Assembly: GCF_026210795.1 (NCBI RefSeq)
Contig: NC_089429.1
Coordinates: 2,046,001 to 2,110,000, forward strand
Reading direction: 5' to 3'
Source: Rhizophagus irregularis
Lineage: Eukaryota
DNA length: 64,000 nucleotides
Position 1 is the first letter of the stretch. Every line of letters begins with the position of its first letter. The position numbers and the translations under genes are program-made. The notes under the pieces were generated by a model that was not told the origin of the DNA, searched no databases, and saw only the letters and a list, made by a program, of their open reading frames with translations. Positions 33,108-43,745 of the stretch are shown in pieces.

Positions 33108-34314
33108 TCCCTACTCGTAATGCTCGACGGTCCATATGACCCTTAGAAAAGATCTGTAAAAGGACCCCGATGCCTTCTATTATTTTTTTATTATCCAAAG
33201 GGTGACTAGACTTCAGGACTTCATATCGGGAGAATAACTCCTTTACGGTCTCAGGTTTTGGAATTTCAGTCTTTGTGGTCCTATCCCGTACTTTTGCTAA
33301 GAAGTTTTGGAAGTCTGATCCCAGGGTCTTACCAGATAGTCCGTAGGCTTCCCGAAAGATGTACTTAATCCAGGTATCTGCGTTCTTAGCTATAACACCG
33401 GATACGAGGAGGTGTTTTCTCTCTTTAGGTGATGGATATTCCCGAGCAAACTCGATTAGCTGGGAGGACTTTTTTGCTTCAGCTACGGCTTTCTGGCCAT
33501 AGGGACTAAACTTCGATCAAACTGGGTTCAAACTTGGATCGAACGGGGATCGAACTGGGTTCAAACTTGGATCGAACGGGGATTGAACTGAGATCGAACT
33601 AGGATCGAACGGGGATTGATCAGTGATTGAACTGAGACTAGTATCCCATCTAACCCGAATAGATAATGGATCGCTCTTGGATCTTCTAAGATCAAATACT
33701 ATAAATTCGCGTTGTAGAGTAAGGTCATCGATTACTGGAGCTAGTGACTCCGATTCTTCTGTATACTGGCAGATGATCCTCTTAGTATCGGTCAAACTTC
33801 CGTGACCTCCATGTAGGGAAATATAATTCACATTTTCACGAATAGCCTTGGGAATGGTAAAGAATCTTTGGGCCACATAGATACATGAAATATTTTTGTG
33901 TCGTCCGTGTGTAAAAAATCCAGTGATGAGATCCTGGGTTTTTTTAGGCGCATCCATCAAATCCTCGAAGATTACCACAGTAGCCTGGGTGGAGTTGAAG
34001 TCCTTAACATTTGGAATCTCACTATGGGATACTGCGGTAAACGGAATTTCTTCTTCTTTGAAAAAATCACGTACGACTGCCCACTTCGGTTCATCGAGGT
34101 ATCTGCCAACTAGAATTACCGCATCACATAATATGTACCTTTCGCCATCCTCCTTTGCCTTTTTGTCTCCCATTAACAAATTAATGATCATAGTTGTCTT
34201 ACCCGAGTCAGAACTTCCTGCTACGGCAAGACGGAAAGGCCATGATGGGGCAAACTCATTACCCTGTCTCGAGTCGGTCGTGTACTCATCCAAATTGTAT
34301 ACATAAAGATCCAT
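33091..34314 (-). pseudogene. A32-like packaging ATPase, CGA to TGA stop at 33517-33519 removes the C-terminal extension
   Basis: ATPase core intact (265 aa); downstream DNA still matches 9528-9953. Confidence 0.85.
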
Positions 34315-34345
34315 TTGAATTTTATTCTAACTTAGTTTAAATACG

Positions 34346-35050
34346 ATGTCGACACCAATTGCAATTTATACTCCTTCAGAGCCTACTGGACCGCCTCCTA
34401 GGGATTTGCGTGATATGAATAATATACCATTAGTTGCGGTAATTAAGGATCTAACAGATTTTTTAACTGTCAGTGATCGCATGGTTGTTAATCGAGATGT
34501 ACAAAATGCAAACCATCGTCTTAAACATGCTCTTAATTTATTAATTCATCGCTGTAGAGAAACATACGAAGAACGCGATATATTAAAAGCAGAACGCGAT
34601 CGATCTCGAAAAGAACGCGATGAATTACAAGACGAACTCGAGGTTCAAACAGGTTTGTTAGGTCTTACACAAGATGAGCTAAATATCGTACAAGATACTA
34701 TTACTGGTTTAGAAGCTAATTTGGCTGAATTGGAACGTGAGTTTGGTGGTATGCGGATGACTAATCGTCGTCTTCAGCAGCAATATAATCTTATGAGAGG
34801 AGAACGTAATAGAGCTATAGGTGAACGTAATAGAGCTATAGGCGAGCGTGATGTGGCACGAAATCGGCTTGTATATGCCAATAATCGGGTTCTTTTTGGA
34901 ATTCGGACATTGGGACGTCTTAGGAATCGACTTTTCCAACAAATAGCCGCTCTGCGTATCCAAGTACAATGGTTTCGGATTAGACAATTGAACCCTCCTC
35001 CACCTCCTCTCAACCATCCACAAAATACGATATGGCTGCCGTTGGTATAG
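34346..35050 (+). CDS. Coiled-coil protein (copy B)
   Basis: Near-identical to 10783-11487. Confidence 0.75.
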   Translation: MSTPIAIYTPSEPTGPPPRDLRDMNNIPLVAVIKDLTDFLTVSDRMVVNRDVQNANHRLKHALNLLIHRCRETYEERDILKAERDRSRKERDELQDELEVQTGLLGLTQDELNIVQDTITGLEANLAELEREFGGMRMTNRRLQQQYNLMRGERNRAIGERNRAIGERDVARNRLVYANNRVLFGIRTLGRLRNRLFQQIAALRIQVQWFRIRQLNPPPPPLNHPQNTIWLPLV

Positions 35051-36528
35051 CTGCCCCCATATTTCATGGTCGGGAAGATGAAGATCTTAATCTTTTTATT
35101 GATAACTTTTTAGGGTATATTAATACCGTTGGTATTGATCCATTGGACGATGCCGGTGCGCCTCCTGGTCGGGTGAGAGCGATGGGGGTTCTTCGTAGCT
35201 GTATGAGAGATGAAGCGGCGAGGTGGTTTGATGCAGAACTTACTGGAAAAAATTGGGAACTCTCGAATATTCGGTTAGTGGCTGCTGCAAATGGTGGAGC
35301 CGGTGCCACTCGCCGAGCATTCAGAGCTTTGGCTGTTCCTGAGGTTGCTAATGGATTACATGTTGGTACTTACTTACCCGGGTCTGATGCTGATGTATAT
35401 TCAAGGATTGTAGGTAATGCGGCGAGAACCGTTGGAGACGCATTTTTCCCGTCACGCGCTGATATCGTTAGAACGAATTTTAAAGTTGAAGAGCAGTGGA
35501 GGCGTGCGGGCGGACGTCCTACTCATCAACCCGTTAATGGGTTGGGAAATCATGGAGGTCCATTCAATGCTGCTGCCCAGAATCAACCGATAGTCTTACA
35601 GGGGATTCTCCTGGATCAAGCATTTATGCATATGCGCACAAATTTTCCAACTGTCGTGGAAGAAAGACTTCAGATACGATTTAGTAACCTTTATCAGGAA
35701 CAAGGCGAACCTGTTCGATCTTACTATAAGCGAGTTGAGAGGGCTGGGGATATTGTAGGATATAATCGAATTATGGTTACTGACCAGTTCTATAGAGGAC
35801 TTTTGCCGGAAAACGTTATTGAAGCTTCCAGAATCGGGGCGGCACCTCTTAATATATTAATCGATAGATTGAGTGATCTTGAGCGACGAAAGGGCGAAAT
35901 GTTCTATGGATTACAAAGGCGCCAGGGTATTGAAAAGGCTAAAAAAGAGGAATTGGCTGGCTATACTCATCCCGTGACTCCACACGAAGGTGCTGTAATG
36001 CAAAGGTCGACAGACGTTATTACTCAAGAAAAATTACAAGAATTGCTTAAGACACAAGCCGAGGAACTTACCAAGAATTTCCAGGCGCAATTTAAACAAT
36101 TACAAGCATCTAAGCCAGTTCGTAAACCACCGGTCTATAGACAACAGATTAAACCTGTTCGACCAAAACCACAGAGACGCGTTGTTCAGGATCCTCAGGA
36201 TCCCGATTGGGATGATGGTTATATAGATCATGATGTTGGTGATGACCCTGATGCTCCTGAATGGACTAGTGAAGATGATCAACATGTTATTGATCTTATT
36301 ATGGGATATGAGACGTCTAAAAGATTTCCAAAGCGACTTCAGAAGGCTAAAGATAGACGCGATGATTTGGAATTAGCCCGAGCAATGAGAAACCTCGATC
36401 TTAATGATGATGCTATGGATATTGATACTAATACCACGAGTTTTGATGACTTGAAAATTGTTCCCGATGAGGAAGGTGGTTTTCGGATTTGTGCGGTTCG
36501 AAGTACAAAAAAAAGTAAACTCGGATAA
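35032..36528 (+). CDS. Retroelement-type Gag/capsid-like protein (copy B)
   Basis: Same Gag motifs as 11469-12956, uninterrupted. Confidence 0.75.
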   Translation: MAAVGIAAPIFHGREDEDLNLFIDNFLGYINTVGIDPLDDAGAPPGRVRAMGVLRSCMRDEAARWFDAELTGKNWELSNIRLVAAANGGAGATRRAFRALAVPEVANGLHVGTYLPGSDADVYSRIVGNAARTVGDAFFPSRADIVRTNFKVEEQWRRAGGRPTHQPVNGLGNHGGPFNAAAQNQPIVLQGILLDQAFMHMRTNFPTVVEERLQIRFSNLYQEQGEPVRSYYKRVERAGDIVGYNRIMVTDQFYRGLLPENVIEASRIGAAPLNILIDRLSDLERRKGEMFYGLQRRQGIEKAKKEELAGYTHPVTPHEGAVMQRSTDVITQEKLQELLKTQAEELTKNFQAQFKQLQASKPVRKPPVYRQQIKPVRPKPQRRVVQDPQDPDWDDGYIDHDVGDDPDAPEWTSEDDQHVIDLIMGYETSKRFPKRLQKAKDRRDDLELARAMRNLDLNDDAMDIDTNTTSFDDLKIVPDEEGGFRICAVRSTKKSKLG

Positions 36529-37237
36529 GGGTGTAAGTATCTCGAAACTTCTTAAATCTGTTCCAAAAAAATCAGTTAAAATGACTCCTATTAAGATTCC
36601 TGTGAAGGTTACTAGTAGTAAGCCCACACTTATAAAAGCCGTCACCAAACATGATTCATTAAGTTTATTAAGGTCTGCAGATTTTAGGAAATTACTCCGC
36701 GAGATTCTTCGGGAAGAATTAAAGTCTGCTCATAAAAGTACGGAGATTCCGGAAGACCTAGTTGAGGAAAAACAAGAAGAGGATATCAGGGAAGATGACC
36801 CGATGGATATTGACATAGTTCGTTTGGAGAATACTAAAGATCTTTTAGCGCTGGATGGGGAGGTCAATGGGATAGCAATTCAGTGTTTAGCAGACACTTG
36901 TGCTAACGCGTCTTTTATTCAGAGAGAAGCCGCTGAGGAATTAGGGTTGGATATCGACAAGAGTATTACACATAACATATCCGGCGCTCCGGGTTCTGGT
37001 AGGACATTCGGCATGGTAAAAGGTGTGTCAATCAAACTAACCCCTGATTGTGTAATCACTGAGAATCTTGCGGTTTTAAGCGATTACAAGCATAGGGAGA
37101 TTGGATTGAGCCGGACGTGTCTGAAACGTTACAATTATGATGTCCATGAATCACGTGAACATATCGCCTTTACTTGTAATGAGAAGAATGTTTTTATCCC
37201 GATAGTTTCTGACGTGAATCGAGGAGACAAAAAATAG
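36507..37237 (+). CDS. Retropepsin-like aspartic protease ORF, no ATG near its start, overlapping the Gag end
   Basis: GEVNGIAIQCLADTCANASFI, flap-like ISGAPG, IGLSRTCLKRY in place of LGxDxL; open 36458-37237. Confidence 0.75.
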
Positions 37238-37251
37238 GAAATATTCATTTT

Positions 37252-38343
37252 TTATTCCCAAAACTTGCGGATTAAGGCGGGGACATCCTCCTCCAACCGG
37301 TCAGCGGGTTCCCAAGTGGCTTCGGTATCTGGGTATCGTTCCCACTTGACTAGATACTGGTCTTGACCCTTCCTAATGCGATGCCGGAGTATCCGCTCAG
37401 GTACAAATCTTTCAGGTTGCCCTCTTATCACGGAGTCAGGTGGGGGATATTCATTTTCTGGAACAATTTGCAACTCTTTTCGGGTGTACGCACATCTGGA
37501 TACACCTAGTCGCCCGTGTGGTCCATCAAGAAGATACGTAGGAGGTTGTTCGGGTGAGAGTATCATTTTTTTGATGACACGGATATTGGGATTCCATCTT
37601 ATGTCTCCTGTACGAAATTTTCCATGGAGTTTATTACCGAGTACTGAGATAGGTTCATCTAACTTTACTCAGACACGCGTTCCTTCAGAGAGAAGTTCCG
37701 TCTTTTTTGACACTTTGGGTGACCCAGTCGGAATATCTGGAGAATTTCTTTGCCAGATTTCATCTATTTTATTAACTACATCATGGAAATCTTCTGACCA
37801 TTCCACGGATGTCACCCCGGTCTTCAACTCCTGTGCCACCATTCGTTTTAGGAGAGGCTCCTGGATCGCTTGGATAGCTCGTTCAGCGTATGATTGCTGT
37901 TTGTGTCTTCCCGGCTCTCCAAACCTCATCATCACCCCTAGGCTGTTCAGGAAAAAATCACGTACCTGATCATTGGTGAATTCTGATCCGGAGTCTGTCT
38001 CCATTCGATGTGTTGGTGGCTTAATGCGATTTCTTCTGTAGATTTTAACAAATCCATTGAGAACCCTATTTGCAGTCTTATCCTTTAGGGGTTCTGCGTC
38101 AACTCGTTTACCCGCGACTTCTACCACTACGAGAAAATAGTGGAATCCTTTGGGGTCGACTGGCATCTCTGCGAGATCTGCCTGATGCGTCGCATTTGGT
38201 TTCCATACAACTACTCGTGGACGCTCTGATGACTTTTCCTTTAGGGGCTTTTTGTATAGGTTGTAGTGCTCCTCACCTTTTAGAATTCGTGCTGGTACTC
38301 CGGAGAGATTGTAGTATTTGTAGTAATTCTCTAAATGCGACAT
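37252..38343 (-). pseudogene. rve integrase + chromodomain, CGA to TGA stop at 37669-37671
   Basis: HQADLAEM, METDSGSEF, QSYAERAI (D-x36-E); ORFs 37669-38379 and 37252-37566 are in frame. Confidence 0.9.
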
Positions 38344-38387
38344 ATTATGACAAATTAAAGGAAAGATTTCGGACTTCAAATCTTAAA

Positions 38388-38708
38388 ATGACACGATTTT
38401 ACTGCCTAAAGTGTAAGAAGGAAACCGAGACTGCTAGTGAAATACAAGATATGACCACAAATGGGCGTTACCGGCTGCATGGTGATTGCACAGTTTGTGG
38501 TATGCATAAGAATACTTTTACTGGGATAGACTGGGTTATCAAAAAGAAAACTAAGGAGAAGAAAAAAGAAATCGCGGCTAAAAGACATCAGACGGCGTAC
38601 AATCGGCAATGCAAAAAACTCGGGCAGAAAATCTTAGATTCTGATGACACGTGTAAGCAGTGTATTGATAAATGCCTTAAGGAGGCAAAAAAGAGGAAGA
38701 CGGATTAG
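38388..38708 (+). CDS. Small basic zinc-ribbon protein (DUF5679-like)
   Basis: MTRFYCLKCKKET..GDCTVCG, Lys-rich helix, CKQC; divergent from integrase across 44 bp. Confidence 0.75.
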   Translation: MTRFYCLKCKKETETASEIQDMTTNGRYRLHGDCTVCGMHKNTFTGIDWVIKKKTKEKKKEIAAKRHQTAYNRQCKKLGQKILDSDDTCKQCIDKCLKEAKKRKTD

Positions 38709-38717
38709 TACCGCCTT

Positions 38718-39242
38718 CTAAAAGTATTCCTCATCATCTGAGTCATCGAGAGATACCTCTCCATTATCTGATTCATCATCCGAGTCGTCAGGAGTGCGAC
38801 CTTCCTTAAGCAATTGGATGTTGTACGTTATTTGAGTCCATTTCTCCCAGTCGGACTCTTGCATTATAAAGCTGCATCTGAGGAGAGCTTTTTCTACTGC
38901 CACCATTCCTGCGAACCTAGTGTATTTTTTCTGATCGGCTTCAATGAAATTGTCAATGGCCTCCCTGTAGTAGTCTACCGCCCTGTCGTATTCCTCCTTG
39001 GCTTCTTTATATCGCTTCCAGAGTACTCGTTCAGCTTCGGCACTCCAGATTGGGTTGACTTCTAGAAGATGTGGTCCAAAATTGCTACTTGGAATACATT
39101 CCAGGATATGGCATACAAGTTTGGGAATTACTGATACTGCGTGCGGGTTTTGGTGGCTTTTTAGGATCTCCCTATTGATACCCGTAAGATCGGGGACTGT
39201 GTAGCTAAAGATTCCTGCCAACTTTTCTACGGTATATGTCAT
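38718..39242 (-). CDS. F-box-like protein with acidic tail (copy B allele)
   Basis: IPKLVCHILECI..LLEVNPIWSAEAERVLWK; ATG is the inner edge of the right TIR. Confidence 0.6.
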   Translation of the reverse strand: MTYTVEKLAGIFSYTVPDLTGINREILKSHQNPHAVSVIPKLVCHILECIPSSNFGPHLLEVNPIWSAEAERVLWKRYKEAKEEYDRAVDYYREAIDNFIEADQKKYTRFAGMVAVEKALLRCSFIMQESDWEKWTQITYNIQLLKEGRTPDDSDDESDNGEVSLDDSDDEEYF

Positions 39243-39750
39243 TTTTTCGTTCTATTAAATCGAGTACTAATTTATAGTTACCTAATCTTCAATTGCCGAA
39301 TGTATTTTTTCCAAAGATCCGCGCTCCTACCTGGTCACCCTCCTGTGGTTTTCCAGACCTTCTAGGGGCTATTGACCTACCTGTTCACTCGGTTTGTTAT
39401 CTCACTGCCTCCAATAAGATAATGAACGGAATCCTGAAAGAGTAACGGATCGTAACGAATGTAACAGATCTGGGGGGGTAAAATCAAAACTTTTTTCTGA
39501 GGGGTGTCCTCTCCTAGTATTCTGAAATATCTGTTACATCTGTTACATCTATTACTCCCTTCTGATTCTATCGTATTTTCCTCTCTTTTTCCTTATTTTA
39601 TCTGTTTTTTAGTATATTTTTAGTAACAGATGTAGTAACGGATAGTAACGGATCTTGGTTAACCCTCCCCCATGAATGGGGGAAGGAGGTACTGCGAGGA
39701 CGTGAGTCCGAGGTGGAGGAACGTAGTGACTACACTACCAGCCCGACGAC
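39240..39750 (-). repeat. Right terminal inverted repeat of copy B
   Basis: Reverse complement of 16512-17022; ends CCAGCCCGACGAC, followed by ATATT. Confidence 0.95.
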
Positions 39751-40117
39751 ATATTGTATAAATATCTTTCTACTGTATATCAGTATTTTGTATACTGTTC
39801 GCAAAATATGGATACGGTATATTAAATTCATACGTCTATAACGTATCATTCATTTCTGCTATAGATACGGTATATTAAATCATACGTTTATAACGTATTT
39901 TACTGTGAATAATAGATACGGTATATTAAAATCCTTATATTCTACTACTTGATCTACCATTACGCGAACTTTTCTTGCTATTGTTCGAAGTAGTCATCAG
40001 CAAATTTAATCGGGCATAATATTACGTAAGTTACGATGTCCGTAAATTTACGGAGTAAATATACATAAGTTTACGGGTATCGTAAACTTCCAGAATATTA
40101 TAGCATATACTTTTGCA

Positions 40118-40456
40118 AATTTTACGTACTGTAATCGTTGCGGAATATTACGCTCGAAATCCTTTGAAAATTTACGTACCGGAATCGTTATGAAATATTA
40201 CGCTCGAAATCCTTCAAAAATTTACGTACCGTAATCATTGCGAAATATTATGCTCGAAATCCTTCGAAAATTTATGTACCAGAATCATTACAAAATATTA
40301 CGCTCGAAATCCTTCGTACCGGAATCGTTACGAAATATTACGCTCGAAATCCTTCGAAAATGTACGTACCAGAATCATTACGAAATATTACGCTCGAAAT
40401 CCTTCGAAAATGTACGTACCGGAATCGTTACGAAATATTACGCTCGAAATCCTTCG
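40118..40456. repeat. Minisatellite, about 50-bp unit
   Basis: Repeated CGAAATATTACGCTCGAAATCCTTCGAAAA(T)TTACGTACCGGAATCGTTA. Confidence 0.9.
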
Positions 40457-40737
40457 CACCTAGAGTTTCAAACCGGATTTATTTTTAAATCCGGATTAGA
40501 TATGAATAAACCGGATGCCTTCGGATTTTTCAAAAAGGTTGGGACACTTAGCAAAATTTAAAGAACTCGGAAATATTTGGTAAAGTTAAAATTATACGCT
40601 AATTCTGCGGCTTATATGAAAAGTGTTATGCTCAGTTATACATGCGCCATGTTGTGCGCATAAATCGGGTATAGTTCATGATAATCTTAATCTTTGAATC
40701 TTACCTGTCTTTACTAATAAAAAAATTTTTTTTTCAG

Positions 40738-41005
40738 CGAGACTTTTCCCAATTTAACATCTAAAAAGCTTTCTGCAAGATATAAAGAACGTTTTTGTTA
40801 ATGCTCCTACATGAAGATGTACACAGTTCACTTAAAAGAACATGGAATTGCATCACCACGTAAAATTCCGTTACCTAATGCAACACGGTGGAATTCTTAG
40901 TTTCGACTGATTTTTTATGCTAAAGATTATATGAAGCTGAATTGCGAGTTAATACCAGAAATGAAAAAAATAGCGAAAATTCATGCTATTTTACAAGATA
41001 ATCAA
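40738..41005 (+). pseudogene. hAT-like transposase fragment
   Basis: Manual translation HLKEHGIASPRKIPLPNATRWNS*FRLIFYAKDY contains the hAT PxxTRWNS motif with a stop. Confidence 0.5.
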
Positions 41006-41409
41006 CAAAGGGGTAATTACCATCAGGGTAGTAATTACTACCATTTTTCATTTTATTTCACCTTTTTCAAAAGAATTTGTTCATACTCTCGATTTTTTTC
41101 AACAAAAAAATTCGCCTATTTTCCCCTTTATTGACCACGACTTCAGCATCTTGATTCTTACTTACAGCTAGTTTTTTGTTAATTTAGTTTTTTTTTCATA
41201 TTTTTTGCTTTATTAAGCTAATAACCAACAAAATATCACCAATAAACAAAATCAAAATACTAGTTTATTACAAACATATTTTATAAATTTTATCACAACA
41301 AAAAATCATCGTCCCTGGTACGTATATGTGATATCTGCTTCGAATTTTACTGAATAACTACATATGTATACTTTTTTAGTATTCGCATCAGGATTTAATC
41401 AGATTTATC

Positions 41410-42430
41410 AAAAAATTTGCCGACGGGCTTTAATTTATTGGTTTTTATATTTTATGTTTATTTTACTGAAAATTTTTGGATACTTTTAAAATATATCGTG
41501 TTTTTCTGTGGTTTCGATCTTTGTTCTACGTACCATTTTAGACCCTGATCGATATTTGTTTCACGTACTATTTTAGACCCTGATCGATATTTGTTTCACG
41601 TACTATTTTAGATTCTAATCCACATACATTGATATTGGTTCCACGTAGATACATTTATAATAACCCGAGTATGATTAATACTTTTTCTTAGATTTTTTTT
41701 ATATCCACATATGTAGACCCAAATCCACGTGTTCTTCTCCACATACATCGATATTGGTTTCACGTAGGTACATTTATAATAACCCGAGTATGATTAATAC
41801 TTTTTCTTAGATTTTTTTTATATCCACATATGTAGACCCAAATCCACGTGTCCTTCTCCACATACATCGATTTGATTCCACGTAGGTACAAAAAATTTGC
41901 TGACGGGCTTTAATTTATTGGTTTTTATATATTATGTTTATTTTACTGAAAATTTTTGGATACTTTTTAAATATATCGTATTTTTCTGGAGTTTCGATCT
42001 TTGTTCCACGTACTATTTTAGACCCTGATCCACATACATTGATATTAGTTCCACGTAGGCACATTTAATAACTTCTGGGTATGATTTATACTTCTTCTTA
42101 GATTTTTTTATATCCACATATATATTTAATAATTCGTAACCATTAGTATTGATTGAGCTCAGGGGATTTGTTTTTATTTTTTATATTGGCATTAACAGGT
42201 CGCAGGAAAAATGAAAATTTTCGTATATTTTCAAAATTTATCATTTTTTCCGACTTTTACAGTACTATTTTAGTCCCTGATCCACGTATGTACATTCATA
42301 ATAATTCATAACCATTAAATATTATTAAGCTTTTCCACATACATCGATATTGGTTCCACGTGGATACATTTATAGCAACTTCTAAGTTTTTCCTAATTTA
42401 GATTTTTTTATATCCACGTATGTACATTTA
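41410..42430. repeat. Complex local duplications (CCACGT/GACCCTGATC-rich units)
   Basis: 41411-41530 recurs at 41891-42010; 41620-41738 recurs at 41739-41857. Confidence 0.75.
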
Positions 42431-42537
42431 ATATTCATAAATACCGTAAAATAAAGACTTGCTCAATATTTTTTTTCGTGAGGATTCTTACCTTATCATA
42501 AATTTTATAATTCTCTATTATCATCAACATTACAAAC

Positions 42538-43745
42538 ATGTCCGGAGATAGATCAGAATTTCGAAATAAAATTCAAAAACTTCTATCGGCGGGTGAAGAA
42601 ACATCAAACAAACGCCGAGGTATTGAAAGTAGTATGAGTAGCACGAGTAGCATGAGCGAAAATAGCTATGAAGTTTTTAATGGTATGCAAATATTTGAAT
42701 ATTATCATTTTTTAAAATTATGATAATTTATATTTTATAACAAAAATTTATTTTATTAGAACAACTCATAAAACTCAACAAAAAGGTTGATAATATGATA
42801 GAACAAAATAAACAGTTCAACACTAAATTAATCGAAGAGAACGTAAAAACCAATAAACATTTGGAATTTTTATGCAATAGAATGAAGCATATTGAGGAGA
42901 TGGTTGAATCTGATAATTCCGGTGATAATAACTTCATAAAGGTTAGTCTAGCTTTTTTAAATTTTAAAGTCATATACATGTTATAACTCAAATTATATTT
43001 CTTTAGACCATAATAAAAGATGTTGCTAAAGCAACATTTAATATAAGTATATACCCTACCAAAGAAGAATTACGAGAAGCAACTGAGGAATTTCTCAAAA
43101 TTTGACATCAAGACTTTTACAACAAATTCACTACTAAAACGCAGTGGATTTCATATTTTAACAACAAAATTTGTCCAGAAGTAAATTTTTTATATTTAAT
43201 ATTTACGTTTTAGAAAACTAATAAATAATAATAATCTTTTTTTTTAATAAAAGCTTCTATCAAAACAAAGATCCCTACGAAGTTGCTTGACAACTAAAGC
43301 TAGAGATGCTTTATTCAGCTATTTTGGAGAAGTAATTTTGCCACCCATCAATACTAACACTTCATCAGCAGGGATAATTGAATGGAAAAATCATCCTGCA
43401 GTGGCTGAATGTTACAATAAACTTTTTAATCAAAATGGAAGTTTGGGCATGCTTACGCGAATACTTGAAAGAGTACTCGCTAGAGAATATCCATCTTCTT
43501 TGCATCTCGCCTTCGTAACAGCCACGTTCGCAGTATTATTGGACCCAAAGTCTAAAACAATACAAACAAATGAAAATACAATGAAAAATAAAATAGAATA
43601 TTATATGGTAAATTTCATAATTTTGAACTTAAATTGTAATAATGGTATCTATTTATTAACTAATTTATTTAAATTATTAACGGTCAGAATTTATTAGATG
43701 ATGATAGAACAGACGGCAAAAACTAAAAAATATATTGATTCCGTA
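42538..43745 (+). pseudogene. Decayed multi-exon gene of unknown function
   Basis: Coding-like segments 42538, 42795, 43287 separated by short AT-rich GT..AG introns; apparent in-frame TGA near 43103. Confidence 0.45.

Larger units (their letters stand above)
16512..39750 (+). mobile_element. Complete Polinton/Maverick-like element, copy B (about 15 kb without the nested LINE)
   Basis: 511-bp TIRs, ATATT duplicated at 16507-16511 and 39751-39755, PolB + helicase + ATPase + integrase, compact intronless genes. Confidence 0.92.

Noticed and set aside
1..39750. Simple 23.5-kb tandem duplication or assembly artefact
   Set aside because: Copy B has its own TIRs and TSD; copies differ by many substitutions, different TIR iterons and different lesions.
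16511..39751. TG...CA retroviral/Ginger-type termini
   Set aside because: The extra T/A belong to the ATATT TSD, and copy A ends GAC followed by T.
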